64,000 nucleotides of DNA from positions 66,609 through 130,608 of the forward strand of contig JAVKHQ010000004.1 in NCBI GenBank assembly GCA_031459875.1, in the 5' to 3' direction. Shown here in pieces: positions 1-9,240 of this stretch. The position numbers and the translations under genes were made by a program. This DNA is from Candidatus Fervidifonticultor sextus (GTDB lineage: Bacteria > Sysuimicrobiota > Sysuimicrobiia > Sysuimicrobiales > Humicultoraceae). Within the stretch, counting starts at the first letter, position 1. Every line of letters starts with the position of its first letter. A model generated the notes under the pieces. That model did no database searches. It was not told where the DNA came from and saw only the letters and a list, made by a program, of their open reading frames with translations.

Positions 1-244
1 ACAACAGCGTGGGCGCCCCCGGGGCGTCCAGCCAGTCCGCACGGACGATGGGATGGCGATCGGTGGGTTCGACGCGGGCGGCAAACCCGAGCCCCCTCAG
101 GTGTCCGGCCAGCCAGTCCGCGGCACGGGCCACGTCGCGGGCGTGTTCCGGCGCGGTGCTGATGCTGGGGATCCGGAGCAGGTCGATGAGTTCGGTACGG
201 AAGCGCTGGCGGTGCTGGCGCGCGTAGGCGATGGCCTGGTCCAT
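1..244 (-). CDS. M20 family dipeptidase/deacylase, 5' part (runs off the window)
   Basis: Manual translation MDQAIAYARQHRQRFRTELIDLLRIPSIST...HPIVRADWLDAPGAPTLL matches the typical M20 N-terminus. Not in the ORF track. Confidence 0.85.
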   Translation of the reverse strand, partial: MDQAIAYARQHRQRFRTELIDLLRIPSISTAPEHARDVARAADWLAGHLRGLGFAARVEPTDRHPIVRADWLDAPGAPTLL

Positions 245-322
245 GATGGTAGGCATTCGACGTGTCTCGAACCGTCCCTGGGGCACCATGGTTGTCCGCC
301 GCCCGGCCGCGGCGGCGCCTGG

Positions 323-895
323 CTAGGGCCCGCGCCGCAGCCGGACGCGCAGCCGGACCGTCACGGGGTCCTCGGCCACGAAGATCAGAAAGCGCGGGAT
401 GGGGATGCCGTACTCGGTGAGGCGGATCGTCACCTCGCCGGTGGCGCGGTATTCGTCGGCCAGCGCCGTCACGGCCAGCGGGATCTCGACCTCCCGGGTC
501 GTCTCGCGGATCGTCAGCCGGCCCCGCAGGAGGGTGCGCATCGTCGTCGCAGTGGGACGCACGCGACTTGCGATCTCACCGCGGAACACGATGAAGGGGT
601 ACCGGTCGGTCTGCAGGAAGTCGCGACGCATCTGCGCATCGCGCAGCCCGATGCCGGTGGTCAGTGTGCGGGCATCAACCCGGCCTTCGACGACCGCGCC
701 GTAGCTCTCGGAGTCGCCCGGGACGACGGTCACGGTCCCCTCGACGCGATCCGTCGACCCGGTGAAGCCGCCGCGGTTGTCCCGCATCACGAACTCGACC
801 CGGCTCTCCCCGGGCTCGATGCGGAACGTGCCCACCGGGAGCAGCGCCGGGGCCTGGACGATGAGGACGGCGGCGACGAGCCAGCGGACGACCAC
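323..895 (-). CDS. YceI family secreted lipid/polyisoprenoid-binding protein
   Basis: C-terminal part of ORF 323..1525: SRVEF, LTTGIGLRDAQMR, FLQTDRYPFIVF, GRLTIRETTREV. GTG at 895 follows GGAGG; signal-peptide-like N-terminus. Confidence 0.88.
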   Translation of the reverse strand: MVVRWLVAAVLIVQAPALLPVGTFRIEPGESRVEFVMRDNRGGFTGSTDRVEGTVTVVPGDSESYGAVVEGRVDARTLTTGIGLRDAQMRRDFLQTDRYPFIVFRGEIASRVRPTATTMRTLLRGRLTIRETTREVEIPLAVTALADEYRATGEVTIRLTEYGIPIPRFLIFVAEDPVTVRLRVRLRRGP

Positions 896-1051
896 GACCG
901 ACCTCCCCCCGACGGTCTCCGTCTCAACCAACGCCGGCAGCCCCACAGAAGTTCTGGCCCGCGCTCCCGCGTCCTGCAGGGGAGGCGGCGGGCACACCGT
1001 CGAAATCACCAGGCAGCCCCTGCTGCGAAAGAACCCGCAGGAGGCTCGCCG

Positions 1052-1918
1052 ATCGACGTCCGCGTCCTGATCAGTCACCTGGCCGAGTCCGGCGCGCGCC
1101 GCACGGCCGCGCGCTGGCTGGCGGCGGTGTGCGCCGCGGGCTTCGCGGTCACGCTGGCCACGATGGCCACCTTCGGCTACGGGCTCGACCGCTGGGTGTT
1201 CGCGCTGCTGGTCTGGGCCGCCCTGGTCTTCCTCCCGCTGCGGATCCTGCTCGATGCGTCGGAGACGCCCGCCGCCAGGATGCGGCGCGCGCTGGCCGGC
1301 AGGATCGCGAACGATCCCGGGCGCTACGATCGCCCGGGTTACCTGCCCGTCATCGTGGAGGAGCTGGCCGCCCGCAGGGTGGCCATGCCCCGGATCTGCC
1401 ATCCCCTGCACGGCCGGCAGGCGACCGCCGCCGCCGTCGCCCTCGTCACCCGCGCGTGGACGCGGCCGGATGCCGCGAGCGCATTGCGCCAGGCCATCGC
1501 GACCCTGGTGTCGGCCGTCTGGCACGACGCGACCTCTCTCAGCGCTGCCGCCACCGGGGCGTCGGCGGAAAACATCCAGGCCCGCTGGGGGGCGGCCCGC
1601 GCCCTGGGCGGGATGTCGGCGCTGACCACGATCCTCGCGGCGGTCTATGCGGACCGCTGGGGGCGCGACCCCGTCATCCGGGAACTGGAGGGGAGGACGC
1701 TCGACGGGTTCCTGGCGGCGGCCTCCGATTACTGCGACGAAGCCGCCCTGCAGGTGGACGCGCTCCCCTGGACCGAGCCCCCGGTGGCGTCCTCCGTCCC
1801 TGAGGCGACCGTCAACGAGGTCCGGGGCGCCTGGCAGGCGTTCCTGGCCGCCGGTCTGCCGGCGCCGCGGGCCCTGGACGCCTTCGTCCGCGCCGTGCTG
1901 CCGGCGGAGGGGCCGTAG
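1052..1918 (+). CDS. Hypothetical membrane protein (two N-terminal TM segments, helical soluble domain)
   Basis: 3' part of ORF 53..1918 has protein-like composition with two hydrophobic stretches. Start uncertain: AGGAGG at 1039-1044 precedes an in-frame ATC at 1052. Confidence 0.7.
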   Translation: MDVRVLISHLAESGARRTAARWLAAVCAAGFAVTLATMATFGYGLDRWVFALLVWAALVFLPLRILLDASETPAARMRRALAGRIANDPGRYDRPGYLPVIVEELAARRVAMPRICHPLHGRQATAAAVALVTRAWTRPDAASALRQAIATLVSAVWHDATSLSAAATGASAENIQARWGAARALGGMSALTTILAAVYADRWGRDPVIRELEGRTLDGFLAAASDYCDEAALQVDALPWTEPPVASSVPEATVNEVRGAWQAFLAAGLPAPRALDAFVRAVLPAEGP

Positions 1919-2012
1919 GCTGCCTGCGGCGATGCCTCCGGCCCGGGCTTCACGGGCGCTCGCCCGGGCTCACAGGCCCGGCCACCGTGCACTTCCCCGC
2001 GGATCCGTTGTT

Positions 2013-2026
2013 CGAACATCCGTTCG
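2013..2026. promoter_or_regulatory. Putative LexA (SOS) box
   Basis: Intergenic CGAAC-ATCC-GTTCG, a perfect Firmicutes/Actinobacteria-type CGAAC-N4-GTTCG palindrome. Confidence 0.65.
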
Positions 2027-2191
2027 TATATCGGAGGGCCGGTTCCCAGGTTCCGTAGTGTAGGCAGGGCGCGGGTCCCTCTCTGCGCAACTTCTCCGGG
2101 CCGGGTGTGGAGGAAGCCAATCGGATACTGGGGAACATTCCTGGCTATTGGACGTCCCTGACGATGCTGCGGCAGAGATAATCGGGCCTCA

Positions 2192-3217
2192 ATGACACTG
2201 CTGATCCGCGAAGCCGACGTCGCCGCACTGCTGACCATGGACGACGTGCTCGCGGCGGTGGAAGCAGGATTCCGCGCGCTCGGCGAGGGAGCAGCGGTCA
2301 ACCAGCCGCGCACCCGATCGGCGACCGCGGCGGGTGTGCTCCACGTCATGCACGCCGCGGCGCCATCGGTTGGGGTGATGGGCGTGAAGGCCTACGCCAC
2401 GACGCCGCGCGGGTCGCGGTTCCTCGCCATCCTCTACCGCCTGGAAGACGGCGAGGCGGCAGCCATCGTGGAAGCCGACCTCCTGGGCCAATTGCGCACC
2501 GGCGCGGCCAGCGGGGTGGCCACGAAGTACCTGGCCCGCGACGACGCGGGCGCGCTGGGCGTGATCGGCGCGGGCTTCCAGGCGCGCAGTCAGGTCCGGG
2601 CGATCTGCCGCGTCCGGCCCATCGCGCTCGTCAAGGTCTACAGCCGCTCCCCGCAGCGCCGGGAAGCCTTCGCCGCCGAGATGGTCGCCGAACTGGGCAT
2701 GGAGGTGGTCGCGACGGCCAGCGCCGAGGAGGCGGTCGAGGGCACGGACATCGTCGTGACCGCCACATCATCGCGCGATCCGGTGTTGCAGGGAGCGTGG
2801 CTTCGACCCGGGATGCACGTCAACGCCATCGGGTCCAACGCGGCGTGGCGGCAGGAGCTGGACACCGAAGCGGTCCGCCGCGCCGATGTGATCGCCGTCG
2901 ATGCCCTCGACCAGGCCCGCGTGGAGTGCGGCGACCTCATCGCGCCGGCGGAGGCGGGCCAGGCGGTCTGGGACCGGGTGATCGAACTGGGCGCCCTCGT
3001 CGCCGGACGCCACCCGGGTCGCACGGACCGGCGCCAGATCACCCTCTTCGAGTCGCAGGGCATCGCGCTCGAAGATGTGATGACGATGGAGGTGCTGCTC
3101 CGCCGGGCCCTGGCCGCCGGTGTCGGCCACGAGGTGCCACTGTCGCCGGGGGGCGGCCGTATCCGCCGGGACCCGCAGGGTGGCCCCGGGAGGCCGGGAG
3201 GGAAGACGACGTCGTGA
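2192..3217 (+). CDS. Ornithine cyclodeaminase/mu-crystallin family protein
   Basis: LRTGAASGVATKYLA, GVIGAGFQA, PGMHVNAIGSN, ITLFESQGIALED. Confidence 0.92.
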   Translation: MTLLIREADVAALLTMDDVLAAVEAGFRALGEGAAVNQPRTRSATAAGVLHVMHAAAPSVGVMGVKAYATTPRGSRFLAILYRLEDGEAAAIVEADLLGQLRTGAASGVATKYLARDDAGALGVIGAGFQARSQVRAICRVRPIALVKVYSRSPQRREAFAAEMVAELGMEVVATASAEEAVEGTDIVVTATSSRDPVLQGAWLRPGMHVNAIGSNAAWRQELDTEAVRRADVIAVDALDQARVECGDLIAPAEAGQAVWDRVIELGALVAGRHPGRTDRRQITLFESQGIALEDVMTMEVLLRRALAAGVGHEVPLSPGGGRIRRDPQGGPGRPGGKTTS

Positions 3218-3233
3218 CCGAGGAGGACAGGCA

Positions 3234-4721
3234 GTGACCGTCCGCGTGACCGTCGCCGACCCGCTCACGCACCGCTGTGATGTGCTGGCGCTGGGCGTCT
3301 TCTCGGCGCCCGGCCGGCTCGAGGGGATCGCCGCCAAGGTGGACCAGGCGTTGGGCGGCATGCTGGCCCGCGCGCTCCACGAAGAGCGGTTCACCGGTGA
3401 ACTGGCCCAGGTGTTCCTCCTCCACACGCATGCCCGCCTGCCGGCCGGACGGATCGGCGTCGTGGGACTGGGCGGGCGGGATCAGTTCACCCTGGAACGA
3501 CTGCGCCTCGCCGCAGCGGCGGTCGCGCGGGCGGCCCAGGACCGCCGGCTGACACGGCTGGCCTACCCCCCGCTGCAGCACCGGGACTGGGAGCCCGCAG
3601 CCATCGCGGCCGCGCGGACCGAAGGCGCATTGCTGGGCACCTACCAGTTCACGAAGTACCGCAAGGACAAGGGCACCCAGGTGGACATCGACCTGCTGGC
3701 CGCGAACCGGGCGGAGTCGGCGGCGGTCGAGATCGGCCGGCGCCGCGGACAGGTCACGGCCGACGCCGTCAACTACGCGCGCGACCTGGTGAACGAGCCC
3801 GCCAACGTCCTGACCCCGGAGGCCCTGGCCGCGGAGGCGCGCCGCATCACCCGGGGCACCAAGCTCAAGGTCCAGGTGTGGGGCCCCCAGGACCTCAAGA
3901 AGCGGGGCATGGAGGTCATCCTGGCGGTCGGCGGCGCCAGCGCCCACACGCCGCGCATGATCCTCCTGGACTACGCCCCGTCCAAGCCCCGGCGTGCCGT
4001 GGCGCTGGCCGGCAAGGGCGTCACCTTCGACACCGGCGGGGTGAACATCAAGTCCTTCGAGGGGATGTCCACCATGAAGACCGACATGGCCGGGGCCGCG
4101 GCGGTGCTGGCCACCATGCGCGCGCTGCCGCTGCTGCAGCCGCCGGTGCGGGTGACCGCCGCCATCGTCGCGGTCGAGAATGCGCTCGGCAGCCGCGCCA
4201 TGCGCCCCGGCGATATCCTCACCGCGGTGAACGGCACGACCATCGAGATCACCAACACCGACGCCGAGGGCCGGCTGATCCTGGCCGAGACCGTCGCCCA
4301 CCTGGCCGCCGGCAAGCCCGACGAGATGATCGACGTGGCGACCCTGACCGGCGCCGCGTCCATTGCCCTGGGCCCCTACGCGGCCGCGATCATGGGCAGC
4401 GACCAGGGGCTCGTGGACCGGCTGGTGGCCGCCGGCGGCCGGGCGGGCGAACGCCTGGTGGCGCTGCCACTGTACGAGGAATACCGGCAGGCGATGCGCA
4501 GCGAGACCGCCGACATCAAGAACTCGGGCACCCGGCCGGGCGGAGCCCAGAAGGGCGCCATCTTCATCCGGGAGTTCACCGGCGGCGTGCCCTGGGCGCA
4601 CCTCGACATCGCGCCCGTAGCCTACTTCGAGCGCGAGGAGGGCACGAGCCCGCTGCAGCCCAGGGGCGCCTCGGGATACGGCGTGCGGACGCTGCTGGAA
4701 TACCTGACGGCGCGGAGTTAG
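3234..4721 (+). CDS. pepA: Leucyl aminopeptidase (M17)
   Basis: GKGVTFDTGG, MKTDMAGAA, NTDAEGRL, DVATLTGA, WAHLDIA. GTG start after GAGGAGG. Confidence 0.95.
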   Translation: MTVRVTVADPLTHRCDVLALGVFSAPGRLEGIAAKVDQALGGMLARALHEERFTGELAQVFLLHTHARLPAGRIGVVGLGGRDQFTLERLRLAAAAVARAAQDRRLTRLAYPPLQHRDWEPAAIAAARTEGALLGTYQFTKYRKDKGTQVDIDLLAANRAESAAVEIGRRRGQVTADAVNYARDLVNEPANVLTPEALAAEARRITRGTKLKVQVWGPQDLKKRGMEVILAVGGASAHTPRMILLDYAPSKPRRAVALAGKGVTFDTGGVNIKSFEGMSTMKTDMAGAAAVLATMRALPLLQPPVRVTAAIVAVENALGSRAMRPGDILTAVNGTTIEITNTDAEGRLILAETVAHLAAGKPDEMIDVATLTGAASIALGPYAAAIMGSDQGLVDRLVAAGGRAGERLVALPLYEEYRQAMRSETADIKNSGTRPGGAQKGAIFIREFTGGVPWAHLDIAPVAYFEREEGTSPLQPRGASGYGVRTLLEYLTARS

Positions 4722-6106
4722 ACGGTCTTCAACTCCTGCAGGATGCGCACCAGCGCCTCCCGTCCGTCGGCGAAGAACATCCGCGTCTTGTCCATGTAGA
4801 ACAGGTCGTTGTCCACGCCGGCGAAGCCGGGGGCCAGGCTGCGTTTGATCACGATGACGTGCTTGGCCCGATCCACATCCAGGATCGGCATGCCGTAGAG
4901 CGGGCTGGAGCGGTCGGAACGCGCTGCGGGGTTGACCACGTCGTTGGCCCCCAGCACCAGCGCCACGTCCGCATCGGGGAACTCGCCGTTGATGACCTCC
5001 ATGTCCACGAGTTTGTCGTAGGGGATGTCGGCTTCGGCCAGCAGCACGTTCATGTGCCCTGGCATCCGGCCGGCCACGGGGTGGATGGCGAATTTCACGG
5101 AGACCCCGCGGGCTTCCAGCGCCTTCATCAGTTCGCGGACCTCGTTCTGCGCCCGCGAGACGGCCAGGCCGTAGCCGGGCGCGATGATCACGTTGCGCGC
5201 GTAGGCCAGCAGCGTCGCCGCCTCGTCGGCCTGGATGGACTGCGCGGTCCTGCCCGCTGCCGCACCCGTGGCCTGCACGGTGGCGCCGAAGGCCCCGAAA
5301 AGGACGTTGGCCACCGACCGGTTCATCGCCCAGCACATGATCCGGGTCAGCAGCACGCCCGACGACCCCACCAGGGCGCCGCTCACGATGAGGACGTGGT
5401 TGTGCAGCACGAAGCCGGCCCCGGCAGCCGCCAGGCCCGAAAAGGCGTTGAGCAACGCGATCATCACCGGCATGTCCGCGCCGCCCACCGGCAGCACGAA
5501 GAGCACTCCGAGGGCCAGCGAGAGGGCCAGTACCACATAGAAGGGTGCCATCACGGGGCCTGAGACGGTGGCCTGCAGGATCAGGTAGACCGCCAGACCC
5601 GCTGCCGCCAGGAAGACCGCCGCGTTGCCCGCCTGCTGGAACCGGTAGATGATGGGACGGCCGGAGACGAGCTCCTGGAGCTTGGCGAAGGCCATCACCG
5701 AGCCTGAGAGGGTGGCGGCGCCCACCAGGGTGGTGAACATGATGCTGATGGGCACGTCCAGCGCGACCCGCCCCGGGGTCAGGACCCAGAACTCCGCCCA
5801 GGCGACCAGCATCGAGGCGCCGCCGCCGACCCCGTTGAACAGCGCCACCATCTGCGGCATCGCGGTCATCGCCGCCTTTCGCGCGGCCACCGCCCCGATG
5901 GTCGACCCGAGCAGCATCCCCGGGATGATGTACTCGAAGCGGGCAATCCCCTGGTGGAACAGGGTGGCCACGATGGCGATGGCCATGCCCAGGGCGCCGA
6001 CCAGGTTCCCGGTGCGGGCGGTCCTGGGTGAACTCAACCACTTGAGGGCGATGATGAAGGTGACGCCGGCCAGCAGGTACGCCAGTTCGATGAAGATGAT
6101 CGTCAT
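4718..6106 (-). CDS. pntB: NAD(P) transhydrogenase subunit beta
   Basis: MPQMVALFNGVGG, GGADMPV, HPVAGRMPGHMNVLLAEA, GANDVVNPAA. Confidence 0.97.
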   Translation of the reverse strand: MTIIFIELAYLLAGVTFIIALKWLSSPRTARTGNLVGALGMAIAIVATLFHQGIARFEYIIPGMLLGSTIGAVAARKAAMTAMPQMVALFNGVGGGASMLVAWAEFWVLTPGRVALDVPISIMFTTLVGAATLSGSVMAFAKLQELVSGRPIIYRFQQAGNAAVFLAAAGLAVYLILQATVSGPVMAPFYVVLALSLALGVLFVLPVGGADMPVMIALLNAFSGLAAAGAGFVLHNHVLIVSGALVGSSGVLLTRIMCWAMNRSVANVLFGAFGATVQATGAAAGRTAQSIQADEAATLLAYARNVIIAPGYGLAVSRAQNEVRELMKALEARGVSVKFAIHPVAGRMPGHMNVLLAEADIPYDKLVDMEVINGEFPDADVALVLGANDVVNPAARSDRSSPLYGMPILDVDRAKHVIVIKRSLAPGFAGVDNDLFYMDKTRMFFADGREALVRILQELKTV

Positions 6107-6411
6107 CTCCGCGGCTGCGTCCCGTCGTCGCCCGGCTTGCGCTTGAACATCTCCAGCATCCGGTCGGTGACCACGAAGCCACCGACGACGTTGATCATGG
6201 CCAGGGTCACGGCGACGAATCCCAGGACCGAGCGGGCCGGCTCGCCCACGGCGCCGGCAATCAGGAGCGCGCCGATGATGGCGATGCCAGAGATGGCGTT
6301 GGACCCCGACATGAGTGGCGTGTGGAGCAGCCGCGGCACCTTGGAGATGACCTCGAACCCCACAAAGGTGGCCAGGATGAAGATGTTGAGGGCGAAGAGC
6401 AACTCGGCCAT
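6103..6411 (-). CDS. pntAB: NAD(P) transhydrogenase subunit alpha part 2
   Basis: LHTPLMSGSNAISG, INVVGGFVVTDRMLEMF. Confidence 0.96.
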   Translation of the reverse strand: MAELLFALNIFILATFVGFEVISKVPRLLHTPLMSGSNAISGIAIIGALLIAGAVGEPARSVLGFVAVTLAMINVVGGFVVTDRMLEMFKRKPGDDGTQPRR

Positions 6412-6414
6412 GGC

Positions 6415-7572
6415 TCAGGCTCCTCCCCCGGCCGACGCCGCGGCGGCGGCCGGGACGCCGGGGGGCCGGCCGTCGCGCACCACGCAGCTTTCGCGGACGA
6501 TGGGGTCGTCGAAGTCCAGCGCCAGGGCACCGTCCCTGGTCATGTTGAGCAGGAAGGTGGAGATGGTCCGCGCGTAGAGCTGGCTCGCCAGCGCCGGCAT
6601 GGTGGCAGGGAGGTTCACCGGGCCGATGATGGTCACGCCGGTGCGCTGGACGGTCTTCCCGGCCTCCGTCCATTCGCAGTTGCCGCCGTGTTCGGCGGCC
6701 AGGTCCACGATCACCGATCCCGGCTTCATCTGGGCGATCATGTCGGCCGCGATGAGCACGGGCGCCTTCTTGCCCGGCACCAGCGCCGCCGTAATGACGA
6801 TGTCGGCCTCCTTCACCGCCCCGGTCATCAACTCGCGCAGGCGGCGCTCCTCTTCCTCGGCAATGCCCCTGGCATAGCCGCTGGCGTCGGCTTCGCTGAC
6901 AATGCCCAGGGCGAGGAAGCGGGCGCCCAGGCTCTCGACCTCCTGCTTCACGGCGGGCCGGACGTCGTAGGCCGAGACCACCCCGCCCAGCCGGCGCGCG
7001 GTGGCGACGGCCTGCAGACCGGCCACGCCGCACCCCACGACGAGGACCTTGGCCGGCGCGATGGTCCCGGCCGCCGTGGACAGCATCGGGAAGAGGCGGT
7101 GGTAGGCGCCAGCCGCCAGGATCACGGCCTTGTAGCCCGACAGCGTGCTCATCGCCGAGCGGGCGTCCATTGGCTGGGCGCGGCTGATGCGGGGGATCAG
7201 GTCCATGCTGAAGTAGGTCACGCGACGATCAGCGAGCCGGCGCATCAGGTCCATCTCGGCCGAAGGCACCAGGAAGCTTATGACAACGGCCCCGGGCGCC
7301 AGCAGGTCCACCTCGTGGGCGCCGGCCGCCTCGTTCATCCGCAGCGGGGCAACCTTGAGGACGACCTCGGCCTGACGGTAGAGGCTGGCGGCATCCGGCA
7401 TGATCCGGGCGCCAGCCTCAGTGTAGTCCCGGTTGTGGTAGAGTGCCGCCTCGCCGGCGCCGGCCTCCACCAGGACCTCCATCCTGGCCTTGACCAGGCG
7501 CTCGACCACGGCCGGGACCAGCCCGACGCGGGTCTCGCCAGGCGCAATTTCCTTCGGAACCCCGATCTTCAC
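6415..7572 (-). CDS. pntAA: NAD(P) transhydrogenase subunit alpha part 1
   Basis: MKIGVPKE...ETRV, PRISRAQPMD, GCGVAGLQA, DLAAEHGGNCE. Confidence 0.96.
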   Translation of the reverse strand: MKIGVPKEIAPGETRVGLVPAVVERLVKARMEVLVEAGAGEAALYHNRDYTEAGARIMPDAASLYRQAEVVLKVAPLRMNEAAGAHEVDLLAPGAVVISFLVPSAEMDLMRRLADRRVTYFSMDLIPRISRAQPMDARSAMSTLSGYKAVILAAGAYHRLFPMLSTAAGTIAPAKVLVVGCGVAGLQAVATARRLGGVVSAYDVRPAVKQEVESLGARFLALGIVSEADASGYARGIAEEEERRLRELMTGAVKEADIVITAALVPGKKAPVLIAADMIAQMKPGSVIVDLAAEHGGNCEWTEAGKTVQRTGVTIIGPVNLPATMPALASQLYARTISTFLLNMTRDGALALDFDDPIVRESCVVRDGRPPGVPAAAAASAGGGA

Positions 7573-7768
7573 GGGAACCTCCCGGGTGCAATGGTGGGAC
7601 AGGACCGAGTGCGGGAATCACGCCGCGTCTGGGGAAACTGCGGCCGGAGTGGGTGGGGAACCATCACCTGCACCATCATCATAAATTACAGAGGAGCCCG
7701 GCCGGCGCCTATCCTGTCCAGACCCGATCTCCGGTCTGCCCCCAAGCCCCGGTGGCGGCCGGAGCGAC

Positions 7769-8425
7769 CTAGACCGGCGCCCAGATCTCCCGCCGGGCGG
7801 GCAGTGAGGACGGGGTGATGGTCACCGACGATCCCACCCGCTTGACCCCGGTCTTGCCTTTGAGGTAGTCGTCCAGGGTCCCGATGGGCCAGGAGGCGTT
7901 GGCCTGGGTCTTGAAGTGCATGGGAATTGCCACCCGGGGCTGCAACTGGTCGATGACCTGGTCGGCCTCGGCCGGTCCGATGGTATAGTACCCGCCGACC
8001 GGGACCATCAACACATCCACCTTGCCGATTGCCCGGACCTGCTCGTCGGTGAGGACGTGGCCCAGGTCGCCCAGGTGCACGAGCCGCAGTCCCTCGACCT
8101 CGTAGATGGTCACGGTGTTCTTGCCGCGGGCGGCACCCTGCTCCGTATCGTGATAGGTGGGGACGCCGGTGATGCGCACGGGCCCCACCCGCTCGTCGAG
8201 TGCCGCCCACGCCTTCCCCTCCTGCGCGAGCCCGCGGATGACCCGCGGCCTGCCGCCGCACAGCCCCACGTTGTTATGGTCGAAGTGCTCGTGGCTGACA
8301 ACTACGGCGTCGGGCGCCACGTTGGGCTTCGGGTGCCCGATGTCGTCGTTGAAGGGGTCGATGGCGATCGTCACGCCACCCGAGGAGAGAGTGAACATCG
8401 AGTGCCCGCAGTGCCGCAGTTCCAC
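7769..8425 (-). CDS. MBL-fold metallo-hydrolase
   Basis: GHS, IDPF, SHEHFDHN, HLGDLGH, VPVGG, IPMHF. Confidence 0.92.
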   Translation of the reverse strand: MELRHCGHSMFTLSSGGVTIAIDPFNDDIGHPKPNVAPDAVVVSHEHFDHNNVGLCGGRPRVIRGLAQEGKAWAALDERVGPVRITGVPTYHDTEQGAARGKNTVTIYEVEGLRLVHLGDLGHVLTDEQVRAIGKVDVLMVPVGGYYTIGPAEADQVIDQLQPRVAIPMHFKTQANASWPIGTLDDYLKGKTGVKRVGSSVTITPSSLPARREIWAPV

Positions 8426-8450
8426 TCCCGGTCACCTCCAGCCAGATCAT

Positions 8451-9128
8451 CTATGACGGACGGAACACACTGTGATACACCCATCCGGCCACCACACCGC
8501 CGATGAGCGGACCGACCCAGTAGACCACGTGGTTCGTCCAGACCCCGGCGAACAGCGCGGGCCCAAACGCCCGCGCCGGGTTCATCGCCGCCCCGGTCAG
8601 GGGGCCGCCGGCCAGGATGTCCATGGCCAGCACCAGCCCGATGAACAGCCCGCCCGCCGCCCGGGGGCCCCGCTCGTCCACGGCGGTTCCGAACACCACG
8701 AAGACGAGGAAGAAGGTCAGAAGGGCCTCCACCACGATCCCGGTGCCGGCGCTGGCGCCCTCGGCGAGGACCGGCGTTCCCAGGACCGCAGCCTGCCGAA
8801 CGGCCTCCGGGAACGAGGCGGTGAGGAAGAACGCGCCGAGCGACGCCCCGACCAACTGCGCCAGCGCGTACGCCGCGCCGGTGCCGGGCGCCATGCGGCC
8901 GGTCGCCACGAAGGCGGCGGTCACCGCGGGGTTGATGTGCCCGCCCGAGAGATGCCCGGTCGCCGAGACCATCGTGGCCAGCGCCACGGCGTGCGCCAGG
9001 GCGATGCCCACCGGCCCCACCTTGCCGCCGGTCAGCGCGTCGGCCAGGATGGCTCCCGAGCCGATGAAGACCAGCGTGAACGTGCCGACGAGTTCCGCGA
9101 CCAGGGCTTTCCAGACGGGTTGGGACAT
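8451..9128 (-). CDS. MIP family channel (aquaporin)
   Basis: Two NPA motifs (SGGHINPAVT, GAAMNPARAFGP). Start at MSQPVW after AGGAGG. Confidence 0.95.
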   Translation of the reverse strand: MSQPVWKALVAELVGTFTLVFIGSGAILADALTGGKVGPVGIALAHAVALATMVSATGHLSGGHINPAVTAAFVATGRMAPGTGAAYALAQLVGASLGAFFLTASFPEAVRQAAVLGTPVLAEGASAGTGIVVEALLTFFLVFVVFGTAVDERGPRAAGGLFIGLVLAMDILAGGPLTGAAMNPARAFGPALFAGVWTNHVVYWVGPLIGGVVAGWVYHSVFRPS

Positions 9129-9240
9129 GGCCGGCCTCCTCTCCCTGTTGCCTTTCAGCCTCCGGCGGGCCGTTCCTGCCTCGGGCGTGCGGCGAGACGG
9201 TGGGACGTCGTCCGCGCGGCCCCATGATAGAATGGGCGCC

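Noticed and set aside
7660..7700. Rex operator upstream of pntAA
   Set aside because: The AT-rich patch does not match TTGTGAA-N4-TTCACAA; it more likely contains a TATGAT -10 element.
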